Of a stretch of 64,000 nucleotides of DNA, positions 1 to 9,372 are shown piece after piece. A model generated the notes under the pieces. The model was not told the DNA's origin, searched no databases, and saw only the letters and a program-made list of their open reading frames with translations. The DNA is from Eutreptiella sp. 'Long Island Sound 2002'. Taxonomy: Eukaryota > Protista > Euglenida. Both the position numbers and the translations under genes were made by a program. Within the stretch, counting starts at the first letter, position 1, and the number at the start of each line of letters is the position of its first letter. The stretch is from the NCBI GenBank assembly GCA_964036045.1, contig OZ038378.1, positions 183,272,001 through 183,336,000 on the forward strand, read 5' to 3'.

Positions 1-153
1 CTTTATGTGCAATTTGGACAGTTCTTGTGATGCTACAAGCACACTTCATAGCCCTTGCTTGATGGATACGTACAAAGGTCTTGTGACAGGCCCTCTAGGT
101 CCCACTTGTGTGAGCTCAATGTTGCCTTCCTTCATTGATCGTCCTTCCTGCAG

Positions 154-217
154 CATCAACATCATTCTTTCAGTTCTGGCAATACCTTGTTTTGTTACTT
201 TGTGGAGCCCCTTGCGT
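154..217 (+). CDS. Possible internal exon of an upstream gene (hydrophobic: INIILSVLAIPCFVTLWSPLR)
   Basis: Pyrimidine-rich acceptor ccttcctgcAG at 152-153 and GT donor (GTGCGA) at 218; transmembrane-like translation. No homology recognised. Confidence 0.25.
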
Positions 218-649
218 GTGCGATGTTGGTTGCACAGCAGAGATATCGTTTGTTGTCAGCCCTGCCCCTTCTTGCTTTTCTGCACTGAGACCTGAGCTGT
301 CACCTTGACCTACCGGGGGTGGTGTGGGGGGGGGTGGGCAATTCAAAATTTGGAATGGCAAAATTTGGTGCGGAGAAAATACCAATGAAATATTCGGTAC
401 AAAGTTCCCAGATTGTGGTACAACAAGTGTAGACCGTGAATGGTGATTGTTATTTCCTAAGGGCCTTTGGGTGGTTGCTGTTATTTCCGAGAGGCTTTTG
501 GATGGTTGCTGTTATTTCTGGGAGGCTTGGTGCCCGCCAAAGGGGACATGGAGTGCGTGGCACAAGGGAGACGTGCATGCCAAAAGCGCTACAAATGACA
601 CCTAGAAAAATGGTGACCTACCTTGAACATGGCATAATTGGCACACTCT

Positions 650-1700
650 TATTGTGCCAAATGATGCTGTTTCAAATATCGCCTTTTCCAAACCCGCCCC
701 CTCACCGGTAATATGGCCATGGCCGTTTCATGTCCAGTAATTTGGGACCAATTACTTGTCGCAGGAGAGGGTGCCTGCCAATGATGGTCCTTGCACATCT
801 TGCAGTGGTGGCACATAGGAGCGCTTACTGCGCGCCGCATGGTAAGGGTAATTAGCTTTAGTGTACATTGTCCAAGAAATATACGCCGGAACAGAAAAGT
901 TCTGTGCAAGTCAATGTGCTGACACCATCCTTGTCTATAGAGGAGAGACTCCTCCTAGTTCATCCCCAAAAAACCTTTGTGCTTGGGTCGCGGCACACAA
1001 CCTAAGTGTACAATTGGGCAAACGGATGCTCTCCACTGCCCCGAATGAAGGATTGCCCATCGTTGTACTCGGCTTGCCATCTTGGGTGATCCTTGTTCTG
1101 TGGCTTCGGATATGATATGATACCATGCTTTCTTCCGGGGAAACTGCCATCGAGTAGGATAACCTCCCCCTTATTGATCAGGCGGGGACACATGTGGGCA
1201 AGATGGCTACACAACCCCTGCTGTCTTGAGGGTCCCCAACGGCAAGCACGGGGATGAGATCGGAAAACGCTATTTGACCACTACCTTCTCCAGGGCCCAT
1301 GCCGTATTGAGTATGGAAAACAAGTGCACCATTCGTGAAGGAGGGAGGCCCAAAAAGGATAATGTGGCAATAAAATGGGAGAAAAAGTGGTGTATGGGGG
1401 CATATGGTATGTAAAAAAAGCGTGTATGTACGCACCACTGTTCCGACTGGATTCTGGGATAATTACCCAAACTGCACACGGCGGGTGCCATGGGATAAGC
1501 ACCCCCACGCTGTACTCGGGCGTTGTCAAGGGCAGAGAGACTAGCAGCTGCCCTGGACTCATAGCGAGCCTGTTTGGCTCGTATGTATGCACAGATTCGT
1601 GCCTGCGTGACATTTGCCACCCCAGAGGACGTGACATGCCAGGAATCATGCATACCACTGGTTTGATGCATCACCTGCAGGCCAATGCATAAGGTCCCCA
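650..1700 (-). mobile_element. Probable degenerate non-LTR retroelement ORF remnant
   Basis: Chain of protein-like minus-strand fragments broken by stops (FFSHFIATLSFLGLPPSRMVHLF; YPKPQNKDHPRW; CHHCKMCKDHHW). No diagnostic motif, so assignment is inference. Confidence 0.25.
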
Positions 1701-2105
1701 GTGGCGGGTGGGGGTCATTTAGGGCCCTGCCAAACTCCAGCCGCTGACCCACCCACCCACATCAGAAAACTTTTCCCTAGGGGAAAAATGAAACTCATTA
1801 AATGGGCCCGAAATTGAGGCACACAGACTTTTCTCTGGCCTCAGACCCCCTGGGGTGGGGTTTTTGCCACAAAGCAATAGCCTGATCACCTGTGGTACTT
1901 TGAGCTCAAAAAAGAACTGCCCCCGCAGCACCTGGACGGTGTTGTTGCAAGTTACAGTCTATGATAAATTCCCTGGACCAGGGTTGCAGCACCAGGGGGC
2001 GAGGGGCGTGACCACCCACTGGGTTTTTCGTTTCGGAAACAACGAAGGGCTGCAGAATGTTCCGCTGAGTGTAAGTCAGATTCCACGTCCAGTGCTGTCA
2101 TGCAG

Positions 2106-2207
2106 GTGATTCATGGTGAGCCTCAACCTCATGACAGACCAGACTTACTCAGTGGTGAAGAATGCAGCTGCAGCACCTGCTGCCCAGCCGCCAAAACCAA
2201 AACCTGA
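2106..2207 (+). CDS. Possible terminal exon (VIHGEPQPHDRPDLLSGEECSCSTCCPAAKTKT*)
   Basis: tgcAG acceptor at 2104-2105; phase 0 is compatible with the donor at 218; TGA at 2205-2207. Unverified. Confidence 0.25.
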   Translation: MIHGEPQPHDRPDLLSGEECSCSTCCPAAKTKT

Positions 2208-2835
2208 GCAAACATCACAGCAAATATCCATGGCTATTGTACAACAGCATAACGACCGAGTGAACACCTGTAACCGCGACTTCTCTTCAAACGGGCTGGT
2301 GCATGGCTCTTGGGGAGCTGCTTGGGAGGCTCGTGTATATATAGTGGGCGCCTTTGAAGAGATTTTGCTGATGATGGCGCAAAGCGTATCAGTGGACAAA
2401 GCAATGGCGCAGGGTGGGTAGCAGCAGTCCTACAGCCCCTCCAAACCACTGACCTCGAGCAAGGCGTCCCGTCGGAGGCGATCTGCATCGCATACTTGTA
2501 CACATGCGCATTCGCATACACATACACATACGCATTCGAAATCCCTGGCGATCTGTAACACAAAGATCTGATCGTCGCAAAGACAATTGCTGTACAGCTT
2601 GATCCAAAAAACAAAACAAAACGTGGGCTGCCGTGCACTCCTATGTGGGTGTGTGTCTCTCTGCGTGTGCATATTTTTGGTTGCGTATAGCATCATTTCG
2701 AGAGATGCTGGGCGCTCAGTTGAGCGTCATGTTCTCACTAACGCACTAGGCCCTGCTTCATCAGCGGTATGCTCTGCTTTATGTATGAGAACCGCTTCCT
2801 TCAATGTGCCGACAGTCACCAAAAGAACTTCGACT

Positions 2836-3033
2836 TTATGGAGCAAGCACGATCATCTTCTGGCCCTGCCGGGGCTGTGCCATCATATCTGCCACCGTCT
2901 CCCGCCATTTCAAGTAGTGGGCTGTCTCTTTGTGAGCTGCCGCCGCCTCCTCCGATTCGTACATTTCGTACAGAATGAACTTGCAGGGGTCTGCCGCATC
3001 TTGGATAACATCAAACCGCAGGTTGCCGGGCTC
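2836..3033 (-). CDS. lsrG: LsrG-like ABM (dimeric alpha+beta barrel) protein, last exon
   Basis: Translates [65 protein letters not shown], matching the LsrG pattern (GNLRFDV, YE.Y, HK.T.HY). Acceptor ctgtAG at 3034-3035, TAA at 2836-2838. Missed by the ORF track in this form. Confidence 0.9.
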   Translation of the reverse strand, partial: EPGNLRFDVIQDAADPCKFILYEMYESEEAAAAHKETAHYLKWRETVADMMAQPRQGQKMIVLAP

Positions 3034-3194
3034 CTACAGGTATGACGCGAAGAACATAATCCTGCCTGCTTTATCCTCCTGCCGCCCTTGGCCTTACGTG
3101 AAACTGACGAGCAACAGCAAGGATTCGAGGCTGGGGGTCAAACGAGCAAGCAACAGCAAGCAAACATGCGCCCCAACATCTCAACGGCATTTAC

Positions 3195-3446
3195 CTTAAT
3201 GGATTCGGCGTGGTTGGCCAGCGAGGCTGCTTTGAACTCCTCCACTTTCTCGGGCGTCACCCAAACGTGCACCATGGTCAAAGCAGCGGATGATGCAGCT
3301 CCTGCCATAGAGGCCATGTTGATGACTGGTGGAATGCTCAGGGACAAAACTTTTTTCTGCGAAAACACTCTGTGCCCCAGTGCGCCCAAGAGGGCACAAA
3401 GCGACATGATCAGCACCGTCAGCACCGATAGACTGGTATTGTTGAC
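3195..3446 (-). CDS. lsrG: LsrG-like protein, penultimate exon (hydrophobic presequence segment plus N-terminal ABM strand/helix)
   Basis: VNNTSLSVLTVLIMSLCALLGALGHRVFSQKKVLSLSIPPVINMASMAGAASSAALTMVHVWVTPEKVEEFKAASLANHAESIK; GTAAAT donor at 3194-3189, phase 0, joins ...ESIK|EPGNLRF; 161-nt GT-AG intron; acceptor cattAG at 3447-3448. Upstream exon not located. Confidence 0.85.
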
Positions 3447-3695
3447 CTAATGAGAGAGGGACATAATGATCCACAGTTGTAGGCAGGACGGTCCTGCAGC
3501 CGCACCCAGGGTTCCAACAGAAGGCGGGAAAGCATCCCCCTTCCGCAGCCCGAGCCTGCCGCCCAGCCACGGGGTCCTTTTCCGGCGCTGTTTCCTTTCT
3601 TTTCAAGCTGTAGACAGTGAAAAGCAAACTCCTCAGATGATCATGATCATTACGCCGCGTACGCCGCGAAGGTACAGGATCATATGTGTGTGGTA

Positions 3696-3808
3696 GGCGG
3701 TCCGCGGATCACTGATCCGCGGGGGTCCAAAAACCCCCCCTCCCCCCCCCACCGAATGATCCGCGGATCACGGATCACCCACCCCATAAACCCCCCCCCC
3801 CCACTGCC
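3696..3808. mobile_element. GATCC-rich MITE-like element, TA|GGCGGT...ACTGCC|TA
   Basis: 6-bp imperfect TIR flanked by TA (3694-95, 3809-10); perfect 14-bp palindrome TGATCCGCGGATCA at 3757-3770; same right end recurs at 5800-5807; related GATCC/poly-G blocks at about 13600-13640 and 13995-14100. Confidence 0.5.
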
Positions 3809-4046
3809 TAGCAAAATGATCCGCAATTTTCCGGATCACTAATTCGGACACGTGGACAGTCCTAGGGGCTCAAGAACCCGTGGTCGTGATGCGTACACAT
3901 ATGGAGTCATGTCAACACAAAGAAGGCGGGCACATGCAAAGCAAAGCAATGGAAATGTTGGATAACCTGGATAAAAACCCCGCCACCGGCATGGGAAAAA
4001 AGGTCTCCACTGTACATACACTGTACATTTTAGTTTTGAGTTTTTG

Positions 4047-4233
4047 TAGGGGAGTGGGAAGTGGGTATAGGGTTAGAGCGAGGCATTCGCCGAATCCGTT
4101 GTTTCTAAAGCGATTCCGATGACCTACTGTTAGTTTCGATTTTTTATGCTGGGGAGTAGGAAGTGGGTATAGGGTTAGAGCGAGGCATTCGCCGAATCCG
4201 TTGCTGTTCTCCTAAAGCGATTCCGATGACCTA
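4047..4233 (+). repeat. Tandem near-perfect duplication of an ~82-bp unit (period ~102 bp)
   Basis: ggggagt(g/a)ggaagtgggtatagggttagagcgaggcattcgccgaatccgttg...ctaaagcgattccgatgaccta occurs twice. Confidence 0.9.
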
Positions 4234-4361
4234 GAGGATTAGGAAATGGGTAAAAAGGTTAGACCTTCCGGACAAAGAGGGATGGGTGACCGCGTGAGCG
4301 ACATCGTAGTCGCCTTGCACGGACGCAAACATGGCGCGCCGCACGTCATCACTTTCATCAA

Positions 4362-5249
4362 TTAAAGACATGGGCTATATGGCACATATTGCAAATACAA
4401 CGTGCGTTGCACGTTGCACACACTCGCCAACACCCGCACGCAGTCACCCAACCAAAACAAATCGCGGCCCCGGTAGTGCTTACTCACAATGTCAAACTCA
4501 TTGAGCCGCGCAAAGTTTTTTTCCACACGTGCCCGATAGAATTGGTGGACACGGGTGAATTCCTTCTCCCAAAACGTCAAATTGCTACCTTTGTACGGCG
4601 GCAACGTGTTTGGGATTGAGATGTAGGCAAGATCCGCAAGGAAATATGCCTTGCCAAGCCCATACAATGCCAAATTTGGCCTATAAATGCGGGCCAAGGT
4701 GGCATCGCTCATTGCACCGGGATGCGGGCCCGAAAGATACGCATATAGTCCCAAGTGCGTCACGAATGCCTGGAATTTTGCTACATTTCCGGCATATTTT
4801 GGTTGGTACCTACTAGGCCCGCACGCTACATGCACCGGAAATGTATCAACACTCCCAACACATTGACCCGGAAAGTGCGGGATGTGATTTGATGGGTGCA
4901 ACAAATGTTTGGGTGAGATCTCAACCATGGCACGCACCAAATGTTGCACCCCGCAATGAATCAAGTGCCGTGCCCACCTATCACCGTACTTGCGTTGCCT
5001 TGGTGAAATGTCATCATAGGCACCTTGCCTGGGGCAACGCTTAAAGTACGACAACACCAACCAAAGCACTTCACGGCTGAGACCAGGCACATTGTCCATG
5101 TACTTCAAGTACACGGCCTCGCACACCGTTGGGTTGAAACCAACCTTGGGGATTACTGATAGCTTCCCGCCGGCGGCTTGAACCCACCAAGCCTCATCGG
5201 CAACGAGCAACCATTGCCAACGCAATTGCAAATGGGATGGCTCCGACAT
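4362..5249 (-). CDS. PIF/Harbinger-IS5-type DDE transposase (DDE_Tnp_4-like), intact, intronless, 295 aa from ATG
   Basis: Open frame without stops; catalytic-triad contexts GSVDTF, FLADLAY and RARVEK; G.H.G...D motif (SGPHPGAMSD); N-terminal helical segment WLVLSYFKRCP. Confidence 0.85.
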   Translation of the reverse strand: MSEPSHLQLRWQWLLVADEAWWVQAAGGKLSVIPKVGFNPTVCEAVYLKYMDNVPGLSREVLWLVLSYFKRCPRQGAYDDISPRQRKYGDRWARHLIHCGVQHLVRAMVEISPKHLLHPSNHIPHFPGQCVGSVDTFPVHVACGPSRYQPKYAGNVAKFQAFVTHLGLYAYLSGPHPGAMSDATLARIYRPNLALYGLGKAYFLADLAYISIPNTLPPYKGSNLTFWEKEFTRVHQFYRARVEKNFARLNEFDIVSKHYRGRDLFWLGDCVRVLASVCNVQRTLYLQYVPYSPCL

Positions 5250-5279
5250 TACACAAACTAGGCCACTAGTAGAAAAAGT

Positions 5280-5680
5280 AGAGAACACAAGGGCAAATGA
5301 TCCACCAAATCATAAGCAACAAAAATGATCCAAAGACGGAGCATGCACAAAACAAGATAGTGATTGACCAATTTGTGTTGCAAAAAATGATCCGAAAATG
5401 CAACCCCCAATTGTAAGCATCACGTAGAGCACGCACAAAGCAACATATTGATTGACCAATTTGTGTTGCAAAAAATGATCCAAAAATGTAACTTCCAAAT
5501 GTAAGTATCACGTAGAGCATGCACAAAACAACATATTGATTGACCAATTTGTGTTGCAAAAAATGATCCAAAAATGTATCTTCCAAATGTAAGTATCACA
5601 CAGCAACATAAAAAAAAAGGAACCAAAAATGGAAGTTCACTTGTTCCATCAATTTAACTTGCAAAAAATGATCCACAAGT
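5280..5680 (+). repeat. 88-bp tandem array (~3.5-4 units) directly upstream of the transposase
   Basis: tgattgaccaatttgtgttgcaaaaaatgatcc starts at 5361, 5449 and 5537 (period 88); partial units at both ends. Confidence 0.9.
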
Positions 5681-6288
5681 CCACACGACCATTGACACAA
5701 AGTTCAAAGTGCAATAAGCAAAATGGTCCGGAATGGTCCAAGAATGATCCAAAGTGATCCACGGATCACCACCCCCGAAACCCCCCCCCCCCCCTCCCCA
5801 CTGCCTAGTGTTTGGATCAAAAATGATCCGGATCACCCACCCCGAAAACCCCCCCCCCCCCCTGCCTGCCGCACAAACTACATGCAAACAGTTTGTCCAA
5901 GAGAGAGGGGGCTTCTGAACTACCTCAGCAGTGACAAAGCAACAAAACACTCATCAGTGATCATAGACTGCAGAGAAGCGTTGGGCAACGAATGTCCTAC
6001 TCTTATCTCAGTCCTTCATCTTTCGTGTTATGTACCCTCAATCCAGATTATGTATACATACACACATGTCACACCGGTCGAACCATGTCATAGCAAAAGG
6101 GGCTAGAAGAAGCTCAGGCACTTGGAACCTGTTTTCCCTCGTGAAACCAACCTATCAAACGTTTGAAACCTACAATCCTGTGCAATCTGAACCCGTGGAA
6201 AAGCCGGTACAGGATGGGGCGCCACCACTGGTCAGGATACCTTCGTACACCACATCCCCATAAAAGGGACCTCAGATTTACAACCACA

Positions 6289-6700
6289 TCAAGGCGTATA
6301 GGGTGTAAGGGTCAAGGCGTATAGAAGTGACTTGTAAAGCAAGGCAGGGAAGAGAGAGCGTAACACATTTCGGGCATTTGGAGAATGGGTATCTACCCAT
6401 TGTTCCCATTCAGCTGTCACGTGCCCACTCATCACCTCACTCAATTTCTGGACCACTCCTTTCCGTTGTAGACCAAATTTCAAATTCGCACCGTGTTGCA
6501 TTTCTGGGGGCTGTACATGTAAGATCATGGAAGCTTCGCCCCAAGTCGTTATTTGGCCGTGTGGTTCCCACTTCAACGGAATACTATATAGCACTTCAGT
6601 GATTTTTTCAATAACAAACAAGATGGGGGCCTCAAGAAAGGGGGAGATTCCCACCATAGCGAAATAAACATTATCTCGATACCTGGACATGATGACAACG
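6289..6700 (-). mobile_element. Reverse-transcriptase C-terminal remnant (RYRDNVY motif), possibly Penelope-like
   Basis: VIMSRYRDNVYF resembles RT motif C (RYxDD) followed by thumb-like LYSIPLKWE..WGE..; family assignment is inference. Confidence 0.45.
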
Positions 6701-7208
6701 GGTGTAGACTGTGCACTACATGTGTGTACACAGCACACGCCCAGCCATTTGCCACTGCTCATGCCAACTGCCCGGCCTCAGTGCAAGTTGAGGGAATCCG
6801 GAATCGGATGGTCTAGTTGGGTCTAATGATAGTGCCATGCGCCTTGCCCATAAAACTCGACGTGACGCAGGATCGGATGATGGGCAACGGGTCGCATTCC
6901 GAAGAAAACGGGGGCTGCGAGGGCTAGGCCATCAAGGGCTGCGAAGGTCTACAAGCGCGTGCAAAAACTCCTTAGACATGATCATATCCATTAGGCTGGT
7001 GCAGAAAAACGTGATGTAGTGCAAACATGCCCAATGTTGCTGCACCTGTTGTGTGTGGGCCGTTGTTATGTACACCGACACTATGCATAACCCCGAGCTT
7101 ACCATGAATTCCGCACATGCATGGGCGTGTCCAACATGCCCCGTGTATGCCTACCCTGTAAGCGCCCACTCTAATTTTTAGCAAGTTGTTTTGCAAAAAT
7201 GGATATGT

Positions 7209-8475
7209 TCATATAGGATCACACGAAAATGCATATGTTCATACAGGCCTGTTTAGGCATGCATGTTCACACATGTCCAAGTGTCAGATGCAAGTGAAGA
7301 TGCAAGTGAAGATGTAGAAAATTTGGTTCTTGTTGAGCCAAAGGGCTTTGTTGAACTCCCTCCAAAAGTGAAAAATGGCTAAATGTTGGGTCGGGTTGGG
7401 GTGAGTGTAGCTCCAATTGCTCGGAGCCCCCTTTTCCAATAAAAGGTGCCCCAAGGGTTGGGCTACGAGGCGAAACTTGGCAACGTGCCGGGGGATGGCA
7501 GTGGAGGGACCTATATTTGGCCGACGGGGTACTAGGGTAGCACGGGTAACAAAACTGCTCAGAAGTGCATCCAAGATTGAAGAGAGCAGCAGTGACTTGG
7601 TGCAGCACACCAAGGTTGACCGTTGTCATCAGACCTTCGTGCTTTGTGCCATGTACACCGTACCATCCAAAGAGGACCTCAGTCCTTGTTTTTCGTTGTT
7701 GCCTAACCATCGGCCATTATTATGTTAAACACCACGGACTATTTCTGCATGTCACGGCACACATGCATAACTCAAATTGCAAACACCACACGATCCTTTG
7801 GACGTGTTTATTGCACCATCGCCAAATGCACGAATCTGGCTTATCTCGTTCCATCACTTGCTTCAACATGCTGCCCACAGTTGACATAGTGCAATAACAC
7901 AAGAAAGCGAAAACCACATCCGCCAACACGGGTTGGTGATCAAGTTCAAAAAACAAAAATAGACACTTAGAAAATTGGGACGCCCTTTGGGGTTGCTGGC
8001 AATGGAGCCCTTGGGAGGACGGGGGTCTTGGGAACGCCGCTCTTTGGGTTGCCATGCGCACAAGAGAGCTTAAGTTGAAAGGCAGAACAACGCTAGCAAG
8101 AAGAGATACCTTGTGGCCAAAAACTTGACTCGGCGGAGTGTATCGTGGAATTGCATTTTGAGAAGTGTGAGTGTTGTGCGCTGCATTCTTGGAGCCGAAT
8201 GTGGCGGAGGGTAGAAACGGGGCACCGTCTGGGAGGGTTGAAATTGGTAGAATAGTTGGCAAGGTTGTTTGGGAGGTTGGTGCCGAAGTGACGTACTTAT
8301 TCTCAGCGTTCACTGTCGCGTGAAAGTGAAAGGCCATCAAGCAAAACAATCCCACACACCCAAGCCCGAAAGCCCAACGGGAATGGGTTGGGTCTTGAGA
8401 GTGGACCAAAAGGGTAGTGCTTGATCGGGTCATGGTGCAGAGCACAAGAATTGCTATGACGTATGATCCGTATGA
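7209..8475 (-). mobile_element. 1.27-kb segment bounded by imperfect inverted repeats and carrying a disrupted ~390-codon frame
   Basis: tcatataggatcacacg (7209-7225) vs reverse complement of 8460-8475, tcatacggatcatacg (14/17). ORFs 7720-8445 and 7267-7710 are the same frame separated by TAA TAA. No TSD seen. Confidence 0.35.
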
Positions 8476-9108
8476 GGAAAAAGGCCCCCCCCTCCCCCTA
8501 GCCTTTGGTACATTAAGTTAGTGCTTGCACCGAAGCCCCTTTATGAAGGAGTCGCATAAGTACGACGGAACTTAGGACCGCAAACCGCTACATGCAATTA
8601 TGCACGAAACAACCAAGCGAAGCACCCAAATGCACTTGCACGACACAAAGAAAAATGCCACAAGGAACTTTCTGGAATATGTTGGGCCCTTGTGCTCAGC
8701 AGAGGGTTGGTAGCAGGGCGCAGGCAACTTGTCAAAGAAGAGACATGTCAGTTCTAACCTGTGCATAGTTGCATAATGCGAGGCGTAAAACATGGGAAGT
8801 GTTTTTCCTGCACACTATGGTTCGACACACAGTCGGTTTCAACCTGGGTCCTTGGACATTTTTGTGCTACACTATTATTCTACACAAACTTACACTTTTT
8901 AGGAATTGTACCAAGATAGTTGAACCTCAAAATTCTTCATACATGTATGCATGAATGTTTCGATTCATTATGTGAAAATGTGTGGTGACATAATGATGAT
9001 GTCATTGCCCCCAAAAACAGTTTTTTTCGGTTGAAAAAAAAATGGATAAAAGTTGCGTCACCGAAACCGGCATTCTTTGGTGGCTGAGAAAATAGGTCAC
9101 AGTGTGCT

Positions 9109-9372
9109 CCGTATCAAAGAAGTATAAGACCCACTTCAAAAAGACCACTATATAAGACCCACCCGACATGGCTCGGGAAAAAAATTATAAGACCCGGGTC
9201 TATAGTCGGGGGGGGGGGGGGTATTCCCTCAACCGAGCGAGTAGAGGGAAGGAGAGGAGACAACGCGGAGCAACAAGCGGGTTCTGAAGGTACCTCCAGA
9301 AGCAGCTTGTTGCGAAGCCGCGTCTCCCGTAACATAACATTTTAGGGCGACTTACAAGAGAGTAAGATACGT
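9109..9372. mobile_element. pogo/Tc2-like non-autonomous element (MITE), decayed
   Basis: Left end CCGTATC...GTATAAGACCC with three TATAAGACC repeats; right end GGCGACTTACAAGAGAGTAAGATACG. Resembles pogo/Tc2-type termini from general knowledge. Confidence 0.45.

Noticed and set aside
3839-4030. Candidate missing first exon of LsrG (MYSVCTVETFF...)
   Set aside because: No donor in the phase needed to join the 3446 acceptor, and the frame hits a stop; the 5' exon remains unlocated.
5361-5570. CRISPR-like array
   Set aside because: The 'spacers' are themselves near-identical, the context is eukaryotic and there are no cas genes; it is a plain tandem repeat.
5266-5626. Hydrophobic repeat ORFs (FGSFFATQIGQS)
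   Set aside because: Translations of the 88-bp tandem array in shifting frames; no evidence of coding.
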